A stretch of 64,000 nucleotides of DNA from the human T2T-CHM13v2.0 reference genome, Homo sapiens: the NCBI RefSeq assembly GCF_009914755.1, contig NC_060940.1; one strand, 5' to 3'. Shown piece after piece: positions 45,200-58,670 of this stretch. The position numbers and the translations under genes were made by a program. The notes beneath the pieces are model-generated. The model did not search any database. It was not told the DNA's origin and saw only the letters and a program-made list of their open reading frames with translations. The number at the start of each line of letters is the position of its first letter. Positions within the stretch are counted from its first letter, which is position 1.

Positions 45200-45760
45200 A
45201 CCTTCTGAGCCGCCCTCCGAGGCTGGCTCTGCCTGCTTGCTGTTTCTCACAAGAGGAAACGCAGGCTCAGAGAGGCCCGGCGCACTGCCCACCCCCTTGC
45301 AAGCTCCGGGTGGCGCCGGGACTCGAACGCGCGCCCCAGAGCTGCTGACACCGCCCTCTCCCCGCAGGCCGAGGAGGCGGGCGCGCCCGGCGGCCCCCGG
45401 CAGCCCCGAGCAGACCGCTGCCCGCCGCCTCCGCGGACGCTGCCCCCCGGCGCCTGCCAGGCCGCGCGCTGTCAGGCGGACTCCGAGTGCCCGCGGCACC
45501 GGCGCTGCTGCTACAACGGATGCGCCTACGCCTGCCTAGAAGCTGTGCCGCCCCCGCCAGGTAGGTCCTGGGCCCGAGGGAGGGGGCTGAGGGAGGAGGA
45601 CAGGTGAACAGAGCTGTCCCGGGGGAGGGGAAGAAAGGAGCTGGGCTTAAAGCTGGGCCACCTGGGCGGGTCTCGGGCGCCTCCACTGCGCACCTGTGAA
45701 CTGGGACGGGCGCTCCTTGAGCAGGCGTGGCGCTGCTGTGCAGCTGCTGTGTGTCCCACT
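45200..45760. promoter_or_regulatory. Intragenic CpG island over exon 2
   Basis: Very high GC content and CpG density by eye compared with the flanks. Confidence 0.8.
45368..45560 (+). CDS. WFDC1: WFDC1 exon 2 (WAP four-disulfide core domain)
   Basis: Acceptor ccctctccccgcag|GCC and donor CAG|GTAGGT; 193 nt. Encodes AEEAGAPGGPRQPRADRCPPPPRTLPPGACQAARCQADSECPRHRRCCYNGCAYACLEAVPPPP, with the 8-Cys WAP pattern. Confidence 0.97.
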
Positions 45761-46218
45761 GCCCCTGGGGACTTGCGTTGTAGGAGATGCCCTTCCAGAG
45801 AAAATGCCACTTCCTATGAAAATGGGATGGGGGCAGGGACCCTAGATGCCTCCAGGGAGCCACAGTCCAGCAGACACCCATTCCCGGGAAAATGCCCGCT
45901 GATAGGATGCGGGTGCAGTGGGATTTCTCATTTAAAAGATCACGATTCGAGGCTTTTCTTTAAAATACCGGACCATGTTCCCTGGGCTGCCACCAGCTGG
46001 AACCTCAGGTGCCCCTGGATGAGGAGGTGTCCTCTAGCTTCCCACTCACCCCATCACCCCACCAGGCCCGCCACACTTCTCATGCCTGGCCCTGGGGTAT
46101 TTGAGGTGGAGACCAGGAGCTTAGCAATCCAGATGGGGCGTGCCCCAGAGAGGAGCGGGTGCGTGGCTTCAGATCCACCGGCCAGCTGTCACTTTCTTGA
46201 GTCTCCTCTCCTGTGAAA

Positions 46219-46492
<274 letters not shown>

Positions 46493-47961
46493 TCACGGTG
46501 GACCTGCCACTCCAAAGTGCTCAGCACTGCGCGGGGCTGGGAGCAGATAATGAGATGTGTGTTGAATCACGATGCCAACCTCTCGGGGAGAAACAATGTT
46601 CAGGGATTCATCATTGGCAGGACGGAGTTTCAGATCCTTTTTGAAGAGAAGGTTTGGGAAGGGAAGGAGGTGACCCCATCGGGGACAGTAAGTGGGGAGT
46701 AGGGTAGACAAGTAGCTATTTCCTGGGGAAAATGTGCCCTTGGGTGGGGAAAATGTGCCCCTAAGCGGGTAGGATTTGCGGCAAGGAAGTCTTCTCCACC
46801 CTCGGCTCTGCTCAGGGTGATAACAACAACTGTTTGGACTGTACCTTCCACGAGAGGCTGTGGGTTCCCATGGGCCTTAATTAGGGAAGGCGGCTCGAGA
46901 AGGTGGCCCAGCCCCTCCTCCCAAGGCTGAGAGGAGAGTCAGAGATGGCAAGGATGACCTCACTTTGTTTTCTTTGGGGTGAGGTCACAGTGATGACAGG
47001 GGACTCAGCACACTTAATCATGCTCATAATTACAGTCTTATAATGCTCATCAAGACAGACAGGGACTATTTCAGTACTGCCTCTGGGCAGGAACTGGCCG
47101 CTGCTCCAGGCCAGGCAGCCTCCTACTCAGCCTTCATAAGAAAACCTAAATGTTGCCCCTCATGGTGGACAAGCACATAAAGGCACTCCCCTCTGGGTGG
47201 ACTTATCAAAAATGGTGCCCCTTCCTCTGGAATGTGACCTGACATAGGGATTCTAGCCTTGCCTCCTGCCTATAGCAGGTGCTTTTGAGCAGTGCACAGA
47301 TGATACAACTGTACATGGCATTCCCAATAGCCTTTTCATACATCATCTCGTTTCACGCTCACACAGCTTGATGAGATGACTGTTATCAGCCCTGTGTCAC
47401 AACTGAAGCTCAGAGAAGCTGAATCATTTGCCCAAGGTCACACAGCAGGCAGACCTGCAGTTTCCATCCAGTTGTCTGACTGTAGAGAAGTGTTCATTGC
47501 CTTAGGCCGTGAGTGTGGGAATGTGGAGCCCCTGCCCTGGCACCTGTACCCACGTGTGGGGTCCTTCATTGCCAGGAATATCCTCCCCCAGACATCCCAT
47601 GGCTCACTTCCTTGCCTCCTTTAGACCTATTTCCAAAGGCCACTTTTCAGGAAAGATTTCCCTCTCTCAATGACAGCCCCTCCTTGGCCATTTTTAAACC
47701 CTCCATCCCTGTTTAATTTTTCTCTGTAGCATAATCTGGAAGACTGTGTTTTACTTGTTTGTTCATTGACTGTTCTCTCCCCACTTGAAGGTCAGCCCCA
47801 CAGGGCAGGGAGTTTGTCTTTCATTCACTGCTGTAACCCCAGCATCTAAAACGGTCTCTGGGCATATAATACTCAATAAATATTCACTCATTCATTCATT
47901 CACTAGCCAGCAGGAAGAGCAATCATACTACTAGTGAGTAATAACAACAATGCTGTCTAAC

Positions 47962-48187
47962 ACCAGATTTCACAATCTTGGCATATTGACATTTGGGATT
48001 GGTTGATTCTACTTGCTGGGCAGGGGGGCGCTCTCCCGTGCACTGTAGGATGGTCAGCGGCTTCCTTGGCCCTTCCCCACCAGATGCCAGTAGCAACCTC
48101 TACCCCAAGTTGTGACAACCAAAAATGTCTCTAATCTTTCCTAAATGCTCTCTGGGGAACAAAATCGCTCTGCATTGAGAAACACTG
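47962..48187. mobile_element. MER20 hAT-Charlie fossil
   Basis: CCAGATGCCAGTAGCA...AGTTGTGACAACCAAAAATGTCTC...TTGAGAAACACTG. Confidence 0.8.
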
Positions 48188-48802
48188 GTCTAACTGAGGC
48201 CCTGTTCCAGGCACCTTACTTCTTCATTGCCATGTGGATTTGGGTCTGTCCAAAGCAGACCCAGAGACAAGGACTTGGGCCCAGGTTGTTTATTTGGGAG
48301 GTGATCCCAGGTAGTTCCAGTGAGGTCATGAAGAGCTGAGACCCCAGGGCCACCAGGCCTTTAAGGGTCTTCAACTAGAGTAATGGGGAGCCCGGACCAA
48401 GTTTCACTACTCCAAACATTTGCTTATTTCCCTGCTGCTCAGAAGCCTTTGATCAAGGCAAAAGAGAATACAAACAGCACATATTACTACGTTTCCCACC
48501 TGAAAATGTTTCCTAACACATGGTCTGATGTGGTGGTGGAAAGGAGGGAAGAACCGAAAGGTTGCGTATAGAGGCTGAAGAACCATCGCGTCATTCCTGT
48601 TTTGGAGGTCACAGACTGCTGGCTCCTTTCTCTGCTGTTCCAACTTCCATGTCATTATAATCAGTATAATCAGCGAGTGCTCCTTTACAGAAAAAGCTAA
48701 CCAGCATTTTTACCAGTACCCATCAATATACTTTAAAAGATGCTAATTATTTTTCTATTCTCTTTATAAAGATAAATATTAGTAATTTTTATTTTTGTCT
48801 TA

Positions 48803-50009
<1,207 letters not shown>

Positions 50010-50669
50010 TCACCTGTACACCAAACTTCACCCATACACCAAACTTCAGTGACATACAATTTACCTGTGCAACAAACCTGCATGTGTACCCCCGAACCTA
50101 AAAATTAAAAAAATAAAGTATTAGTTAGAGAACAGGCTATGCTGCTGCAACAAAAAGACCCATAAATACAGGGACCCAACCTGTGAGGCATTTTCTTCTC
50201 TCTCAGCTATTAGTGCAGAGACAGACATTTGTGGTAGGCAGGTAGCTCTGCTCGCAAAGCCATCTAGGGACCCAGCTTCCTTCCTTCTTGCCACTCTGCA
50301 GTCTGACTGATGTCCTTGTCCACATGGTCAGAATGGCCCCCAGCCTGCAGGAAGGAAAAGAGGGAGGGAGAGGAGCAGAGAGCCCCGATTGGAGGGTGAG
50401 ACAGGAAGTTGCATGGTCACTGCTGCTCACATCTTTGTAGCTGCAAGGGAGGCAGGGAAGGCTAGTCCCCAGCTTTGTGGCCCAGTGCCCAGCCCACAGT
50501 GAAAGGTTCTATCACTAAAAGCAAAGGGTGAAGGTGTGCCAGGAACCATAGTTATTTCTCCCATGGGGAGCCTCTGTGCTGTCATGAAGTTGGGGTGCCC
50601 CCAGCCCCCAAGCCTGGGCGTTTCTCAGCTGCTTGAGGAGGGCCCTGATCTGACCCCGTATTGTGTTAG

Positions 50670-50753
50670 TCTTAGACTGGCTGGTGCAGCCGAAACCTCG
50701 ATGGCTTGGTGGCAATGGCTGGCTCCTGGATGGCCCTGAGGAGGTGTTACAAG
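50670..50753 (+). CDS. WFDC1: WFDC1 exon 3
   Basis: ttgtgttag|TCTTAGAC ... CAAG|gtacct; 84 nt, phase 1-1; encodes VLDWLVQPKPRWLGGNGWLLDGPEEVLQ. Confidence 0.95.
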
Positions 50754-51224
50754 GTACCTGCCGGGTAAAGCCCAGACCCTACATCCAAGCCTCGATCCCT
50801 CCTTCTCAGCTGCTTCCAGAAAGCTGGCAGCACCAGGCCGGCTGTCCCCCATGCACGGGCCCTTCAGCCAAACACTCAGCCCTCTTTGATCCTCCCCACC
50901 CCAGCGCAGAAGGGCTGATGGCTGGGGGCTTGGCCAGAATCAAAGCCCAGTACAGAATAAGGGCTTCGACTCTCCCCAAGAATGGAGCCTCCTCCTGGAT
51001 GGAGAATTGAAGGGGAGGGGGCTTAGGGTTGGTTTTCAAATTCCTAGAATTCTAGGGGGTTCACCGCTCTCTAATGATGAAGCCTCCCCGGGGGTGGGGG
51101 AGGTACCAGGAGGCAGAGGGCAGTTTCTGGAAGGAACAGCATGCAGGTCGGGGGCCTGGAGGCCTAGGAGGTGCGAGCGGGCACCCTTGCACACCTGTGG
51201 CTGTGCTTCTGACTCCACGTCCAT

Positions 51225-51645
51225 CTGTGTGTTGTGTGACTGTGTCCGCTAGAGTGTGCGGCCGTATATGCAACTGTGTGGCTGTCCTTGTGCCTGTGGC
51301 TGAATATTTGTGTGTGTGTGTGTGTGTGTGTGTGCATGCAAAAGTGTGTGACTGTATTGTGAGTGTACATGTGTGGGTAAGCGTGTGTGTATGTGGGTGT
51401 GGATATGTGTGTGCAGGATTTGTGTGTGGGGATGCGTGCGTATATGTCTGTGTGTATTTGTGCGTCTGACTTGCTTGTGTAAATGTCTGTGTCCCCATGC
51501 GACTGTAGGGCTGAGTGTGTGTTTCAGGGTGTATCCGTGAACATGTCTATATGGATGTTGCTGAGCCTGTGAGAGTATGTTTGGGATCAGGTGAGCTTGG
51601 ACTGCCTGTGTTTGTGTGCGTGTTTGTGGGTGTGCACGTGTGCCA
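51225..51645. repeat. Degenerate (TG)n tract
   Basis: Read directly from the sequence; pure (TG)n core at 51308-51334. Confidence 0.88.
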
Positions 51646-51822
51646 CATGCCGCTGAGTGAGACCCAGGGCCTAGCCTGGAACCTGGGGTACAGAGGCGAG
51701 GCCGCCTCTCTGGGTGAGGTGCGTTCCCTGCACCCGTCCCGGGAGTCTGCCTTCTAGACCCTAGCATGTGCACCTGTCCTGGGAGTCGGCCTTCTAGACC
51801 CCAGCGTGTGTCCCTCCTGCAG

Positions 51823-51963
51823 CAGAGGCGTGCAGCACCACGGAGGATGGGGCCGAACCCCTGCTCTGTCCCTCGGGCTATGAGTGCCACATCCTGAGCC
51901 CAGGTGACGTGGCCGAAGGTATCCCCAACCGTGGGCAGTGCGTCAAGCAGCGCCGGCAAGCAG
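51823..51963 (+). CDS. WFDC1: WFDC1 exon 4 (4-Cys segment)
   Basis: tccctcctgcag|CAGAG ... GCAG|gtgagt; 141 nt, phase 1-1; encodes AEACSTTEDGAEPLLCPSGYECHILSPGDVAEGIPNRGQCVKQRRQA. Confidence 0.95.
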
Positions 51964-52395
51964 GTGAGTGTGGCACCCCAGCCCTGATCCTGGCTCCTGC
52001 CCCAGTCCCCTTCTCCCTGTAAGCGCCTCTCACCCGCATGGACGACCTGCCCCAGGAAGCAGCCCCAGCACCTGGGCCTGACTGAGAGCTCCTCACATCT
52101 TCCCCCTGCCCGGCTCCTTCTTTCATGGCCCCTACCCTTTCCCTGTCACACTAGCATGTGACCGAAGCTCTTGAGCCAGCAGACTGGCTGCAAACCCCAG
52201 CTCTGCACCTCCCAGCTGGGCGACACTGGGGTTAATTTCTTCCTATCTCTGAGCCTCAGTTTCCTCATCTGTAAAATGGGGCTACTACATGCTGTTGTGG
52301 GGCGTGACTGAAATCATAAGTGCAGAGCAGTCGGAGCAGCCCTAAGGAATAGTAGGTGGTCAGTAAGCACTGGATGTTTTATATCCACGTATGTG

Positions 52396-52756
52396 TAGAT
52401 GGACCCCGACTTACGATGGTCAACTTAAGATTGTTAGACTTTACGCTGGTGCAGAAGCAACATGCATTCTGTAGAAACTGTACTTCAAGTTCCCATCCAA
52501 CCATTCTGTTTTTCACTTTCAGTATGGTAATCAAATTACACGACACATTCAATATTTTATTATAAAATAGGCTTTGTGTTAGATGACTTTGCCCAACTCT
52601 AGGCTAATGTAAGTGTTCTGAGCACAGTTAAGGTAGGCTCGGCTAAGGTATGGTGTTCAGTAGGTTAACTGTGTTCAGTGCATTTTGACTTAAGATATTC
52701 TCAACTTGTAGGGGGTATATCAGTACATAACTCCATTGTAAGTCAAGAAGCATCTG
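52396..52756 (-). mobile_element. MER47A (TcMar-Tigger) non-autonomous element
   Basis: Terminal inverted repeats AGATGGACCCCGACTTACGATGG ... CCATTGTAAGTCAAGAAGCATCTG followed by TA; body matches the remembered consensus. Confidence 0.8.
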
Positions 52757-54174
52757 TATCTGTTTTCAAAATGCATTGAATTAGAATTGTCTGAGAATCC
52801 TTAACTTCCAGAACTTCTGCCAGGACTGTTCAGTTTGACTTAATTTGTGTTCGTCTTTGGACACAAAGGCAATAAATAGATGAGTGAATTGTGTTGCTCT
52901 CATTGGCATAATTTTCCCAAGAAAAGAAAGAACAATGGCACAGCGATTCCTGGTGGTATCTAAAACCATCTCGAACCCCACTCAAGGCAATCAAGTTGAA
53001 AGACTTCAATGTGCTTTTTGGCATGGAGTTTGGATGAACTGTGTGGTGAGCCAGGAATCTGGGACTTCAGGGTGGCCAGGTTCACCTTGTCAAAGTCAGT
53101 GTCAGTCAGACTGAGACCACACCCAGGGGCCCCTGTCCCCGCTTCGGCATCTCATAGCCCTAATAGCTAAGGACAGGACCCTCAGACAAGATTGGTGATA
53201 ATTACAGTGACCCTATTTGCCGAAAGTATACTGGGGAGTGCATGATCTGCCAAAACCTCTTTTTTTTTCTGATTTGAGAATGTTTTTCTCTGAAGTGTTT
53301 CAAGAAAGGCATAGACGTAAAATCAGTCATGCATTTAATGTCATTATCATTGCAGATAAAGTGATGCAAATCCCGGAATCCTGAACTTTGAAGAAATTAT
53401 CTACAAAAGGCTTTGAAACAAAGAGATGCCTTTTTGGTTTCCTCTACATTCCACTTGCTATTTGCAGGGCTTTGTTTGGGGTTATAGGGTGGCTTCTCCA
53501 GCCAGATAGCCTGGGCTGCCACAGCTACTCAGCCCCTTACTGCTGTGGGCAGCAAATAACATAACCTTTTCAGGCCTCATTTGCCTTTTCTGTAAAATGG
53601 GTTCATAATACTTGAGGTACTTCACAGGGCTCTTTGAGGAGTGAGTTAATCTGTGTAGAGTGTCCATCAATTCACAAGCACAGTAAACAACCTTCACTGT
53701 TTTATCACTGCTTGTCTCTAGACACTCAATCCTGCCGTGGGTGGGTGGGGTGTATGGTCCTTTGGAGGTAAAACCGCAAGGGCCTGCCAGCCACTGTGAG
53801 GCTGCTGGAGTGTGGAAGGGATAGCCTTTTCCAAAAGAGAGCTGTGGGGCGAGTTGCGAGTTCGTTGGGCTATGCCACCATTTATAATAATGACGGCATA
53901 ATAGGAATGCCTTGGGCACTTGTCTTTTTCATCCCCTGATCTTTTCATTCAGCCCTATGATGTCTAAGACCAAGGTCAAACCAAGTCAAACTAGTTCTTA
54001 AGGGTTCAAACCAGTTAAAAAAATTCCCATTTCAAGACAGAGCTAAGGAAAGAGGGTCAGTCATTCAGTGGTGACCACACCAGTGATGCCTACTGTTAAC
54101 ATGCACCTTTGGAGTGCTCTCTTTAAATTAAGCTTTGCTGCAAGCCTGCAAAAGGAGAAGTAGAACCAGGAGGC

Positions 54175-54425
54175 AGTGCTGCATAGGTTTCAGAGTGCAG
54201 GCTCAGAACCACAGAAAGAAGTCCAAAGCCTGTAACTTTCTTCCTCCGTGGCCTTGAGCAGGTCACCCAACCTCTCTTAGCCTCAGTTCCTTGATCTGTA
54301 AAATAGAGATGGCGATGGTAACCATAGTGACTACTTCATGGGGTAGTTATGGGGCTTGAGTGAGAGAAACACGTATGAAGTGCTTAGAATAGCACCTGGC
54401 CCACTGTAGGTCCTCAGTGAATGTG
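54175..54425 (+). mobile_element. MIR SINE
   Basis: GCCTCAGTTCCTTGATCTGTAAAATAG core; GTGCTTAGAATAGCACCTGGC tail. Confidence 0.75.
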
Positions 54426-54537
54426 TGCCACCATCATCCCTGTCTTCGTAAAGGGAGGATATGAGTTCAGGAATTTACCCAAAAGATGCAGAGCTGGAAG
54501 AGCTGGAATTCCAAGACTGTCCACCAGCCTCAGAGCC

Positions 54538-54545
54538 TGTGTGTG

Positions 54546-54584
<39 letters not shown>
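54538..54584. repeat. (TG)n microsatellite
   Basis: About 23 units with one CG interruption. Confidence 0.95.
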
Positions 54585-54587
<3 letters not shown>

Positions 54588-56219
54588 CTTCCCCTCCCAA
54601 ATGAACGATTTGAGGCTTCCAAATGGAACTGTAAGTGGAATTCCCCCTAGCCTTGTTCTCAGGGGGCTGACACTTAGCAATAATTACTGGTAATTTACTG
54701 GTAATTATATATAGGTTTGAAAACATTTTGAATTCCAGCAACTTCCCTTGGAGCAAAAATCTCAGGGGAAGGGTGGCCCCCTTGTCCCAGCCTTACCAAG
54801 GAAGAAGCTTTTTATTTAAGTTTTTAAAAACTGCATATTTGAAATAATTTCAGACTTATAAAAATGTTGCAAAAGTAGTACCTTGAATCCCCCACCCAGA
54901 TTCACCAGTTGTTAAAAAACTACCGTTACATTTTCCTTTATGCTCTCTCCCCACTTATAAATCTACGTGTGTATTTTTCTGGACCATTTGAGAGTAAGCG
55001 ACAGGCCCTGTGCCGACACCTAAGATGCCATCCTCCCGTAAGAGAGGCTTCTAGCGGGTACCAATAGTCCTTCAAGTTTGACCATCCAGCACCTGGAACC
55101 AGGCATTTGAGGGGTTCACATTTTATGCAAGAGGAAAATGAACACTGACATGTATAGTAAATCTGGTTTTTCAGAGAGTGGGTTCAGGGAAAATCGGTGC
55201 ATTTTTCTGAGTAGGTTTGAGGTCACACAGAAGCTGAGCTGCGGGGGCTGGCCCCTCCTTGTCCTGCCCAAGACACTGCTTGAGAAGAATGAAGTGGGGC
55301 TTGTCTAGCCTTGAGTGGGAGGCAATTTGAGAAAAGTGACGAGTAATCATTTTTGGTAATAAATTATAAGTGATTATATTTGGCCTGAGGAGGGGGTCCG
55401 GGGTCCACATTTACCTCTGTCTCCTTGTGGTGTTATGGGCCAGAATTCACCCCCAGGTAAAGGGGGAGCAGGAAAGTTTTGGGGAGCTCCCCCAGCCTAC
55501 AAAAACCTTAGCCATTTGCTTTGGAAAATAGTTATTGCTGCAGTTGCTGATCAGCAGGCGCTGACCCACCGGAGGGCCTGGAGCGGTTCCATGGAGCGTT
55601 AGCACCTTGACCGATAAATGTCCGTGCTGGTCCCAAACAGCCTGATGATTTTTAGTATGGCCACAAAACAAAAGAAAAAGAAAATGTCTGGCTACCGCGC
55701 ATATGTGCTTGATTAACCTTATAGCAGAAAAGGCAGCGCTGATCACCAGGATGGAGAAGTGAGCTAAATTTGAGAGAGATTGCCACATTCAAGCATCCAC
55801 ATGTCCTGGTCACATTCCTGTCAGCAAATGCTTTCCTGCTACCATGGGGTGGGTAGCACGGCTAGTCATGGGACATGCATGAAATTGCCAGCAGTTGACC
55901 ACTTTTTACACACAAAGATAGAATTTTCATACGGCTCATCCTAATACTGCATAGATATGTTTTAAATGAAATTGTTTCTTTTAATCCTCACAATAACTTT
56001 AAGAGGTACTAATTTTATGCCTATTTTTAGGAGAGGAAACTGAGGCTCAAAGAGGACGAGTGAGGATTCATACTCAAGTTACTTTGTCATTTGCAGTAAT
56101 GACATCAGAGTGTCTCTTGGGCAGACTCAAAAGAGTGTCATCTCTTCCCCCTGTGAACATATTTTGTAATGACATTTACTCAACAGTGTGTTGAAATTTG
56201 GCTTCCAGTTCATCTGTTA

Positions 56220-56581
<362 letters not shown>

Positions 56582-56812
56582 TTAAGGAGATCTCACAGGG
56601 CTTTCCTTTATGGGTTGATGGCTCTGGATATTATCATATTAGAAACTAGAGCTGAGACATTACAAATGCTCATGTAGCCTCTGAACAATTCCATTGTACA
56701 CTAGTGAGATGGTGAGACTGAAAAACACAAGTAATTCCTCAGTGTTATTATGACAACAGTTTTGGCCTTCTAAACTCCTAAAAGAAGTTTTTTCCTCTCA
56801 CTTGTTTTCCAG

Positions 56813-56854
56813 ATGGGCGAATCCTACGACACAAACTTTACAAAGAATATCCAG
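56813..56854 (+). CDS. WFDC1: WFDC1 exon 5
   Basis: Strong polypyrimidine tract, cttgttttccag|ATGGG ... CCAG|gtaaaa; 42 nt, phase 1-1; encodes DGRILRHKLYKEYP. Confidence 0.94.
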
Positions 56855-57147
56855 GTAAAAGAAGAAACTGTTCTTTCTTTCCAGAGGGCACAAAAAAAAG
56901 GCAGTGAACGTTTCTTATGTGAAGAAAAAAATAAAAGCCCAGGGCTGAGATATAGGGAACAAAATGGGACCTGGGATTAAGAAACAAAATAGAAGACCTG
57001 TGGTCTGATGGTGGGCAGGGAGTTGTGAGTCACAGAGGAGCTCATGGCAAACATGACCTCATGCTGAAGAGCAGAGCCTGGAACTGCTCATATTTAAGCC
57101 TCTGCTACTTTCATTCAGAGAATTGGAAAACACGCCTGATACCACTC

Positions 57148-58670
57148 TTCCATTCATCCATCTAATCATCCATTGATCCATCCATCTCTCCATCTATTAT
57201 TTCATCCATCCATTCATCCCTCCATCCATCTACCCACCCATCCATCTACCCACCATCCATCCATCCATCCACCGATTCATCCATCCATCCTCTCATTCAT
57301 CCATTCATATATCCATCTATTCTTTCATCCATCTTCCTGTTTTTTCATCCATTCATTCCTCTATCAATCTATTCATCCATCTATTCATTCTTCCATCCAT
57401 CCACCCATTCATCCATCCATCCACATATTCATCTATCTTTTCACCCACCCATCTATCCTTTTATCCACCCCTTTATTCCTTCATCCCTCCATCCATCCGT
57501 CCTTTCATTCACTTACCTATTCACCAATCATCCATTCATCTATCCATCCATCCATTCATACATACATCCTTTCACTTATCCATCTATCCACCCATCTACC
57601 TTTTTTTTTTTTTTGAGATGGAGTCTCACTCTGTTGCCTAGGCTGGGGTGCACTGGAGTAATCTTGGCTCACTGCAAACTCTGCCTCCTGGGTTCAAGCA
57701 GTTCTCCTGCGTCAGCCTCCCAAATAGCTGGGATTACAGGTGTCCACCACCATACCTGGATAATTTTTGTATTTTTAGTAGAGACGAGGTTTCACCTTGT
57801 TGGCCAGGCTGGTCTTAAACTCCTGACCTCAGGTGATCTGCCCGCCTCGGCCTCCCAAAGTGCTAGATTTACAGGCATGAGCCACTGTGCCTGGCCCCAT
57901 CCACCCATCTGTCTATCCATTTATCCATCCATCCACTCATCCATCCACCCACCCATCTATGCATCCACCCACCATCCATCCACCCACCCATTCATCTATC
58001 CATTCACTCATTCATCCATTCATATATTCATCTAATCTTTCATCCATCCATTTTTTCAAGCATGCATCCATCCATCCATTCCTCCATCGATCTATTCATC
58101 CATCTGTTCATTCTTCCATCTATCCATCTATATATTCATCTATCTTTTCATCTACCCATCTATTATTTTATCCACCCTTCTATTCCTTTATCCCTCCATC
58201 CAACCATCCTTATATCCACTCATCTATTTGCCCGTACATCCATTCACCCAACCATCCATCCATCTGCCCATTCATCCATTCATGCACATATCCTTGCATT
58301 CATTCATCTATCTCTTCTTTCATCCATTCATACATCCATCCATCCACCCATCCACCCATCTACCCATCCATGCATTCACCTATGTATCCATTCATCCATC
58401 CACCCATATATCCATCTATCTATTCAGCCATCCAGCCAGCCATCTATCCATCCATCTATCCATCCATCCATATATCCATCCGTCCATCCACCCACCCATC
58501 TATCCATCCATCCATCCATCCATTCATCTACCCATCTATCCATCTATCCACCCACCCATATATCCATGCATCCATCCATCCATCATTTATCCATTCACCC
58601 ATTCACCCATCCATCCATCCATCATTTATCCATTCACCCATCCATCCATCCATTCTCCCATCCATCCGAT
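57148..58670. repeat. Degenerate (TCCA)n tract (~1.2 kb) split by an antisense Alu
   Basis: Read directly from the sequence. Confidence 0.92.
57601..57896 (-). mobile_element. Alu (S-type)
   Basis: Poly(T) then reverse dimer. Confidence 0.95.

Noticed and set aside
45267-45881. 204-aa antisense ORF and the 100-aa + ORF at 45237-45539
   Set aside because: GC-rich shadow frames of exon 2 and the CpG island. The true frame is fixed by the splice phase from exon 1 and the WAP cysteine pattern.
50663-51010. 115-aa ORF as a standalone gene
   Set aside because: Non-ATG start; only 50670-50753 is exon 3 and the rest is intron.
51061-51959. 236-aa and 145-aa antisense ORFs
   Set aside because: Antisense to exon 4 and running through (CA)n repeat, giving HT-rich low-complexity translations.
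56021-56030. Perfect MEF2 motif CTATTTTTAG in intron 4
   Set aside because: It sits in a decayed MIR (followed by GAGGAAACTGAGGCTC) with no supporting motifs, so it is likely chance.
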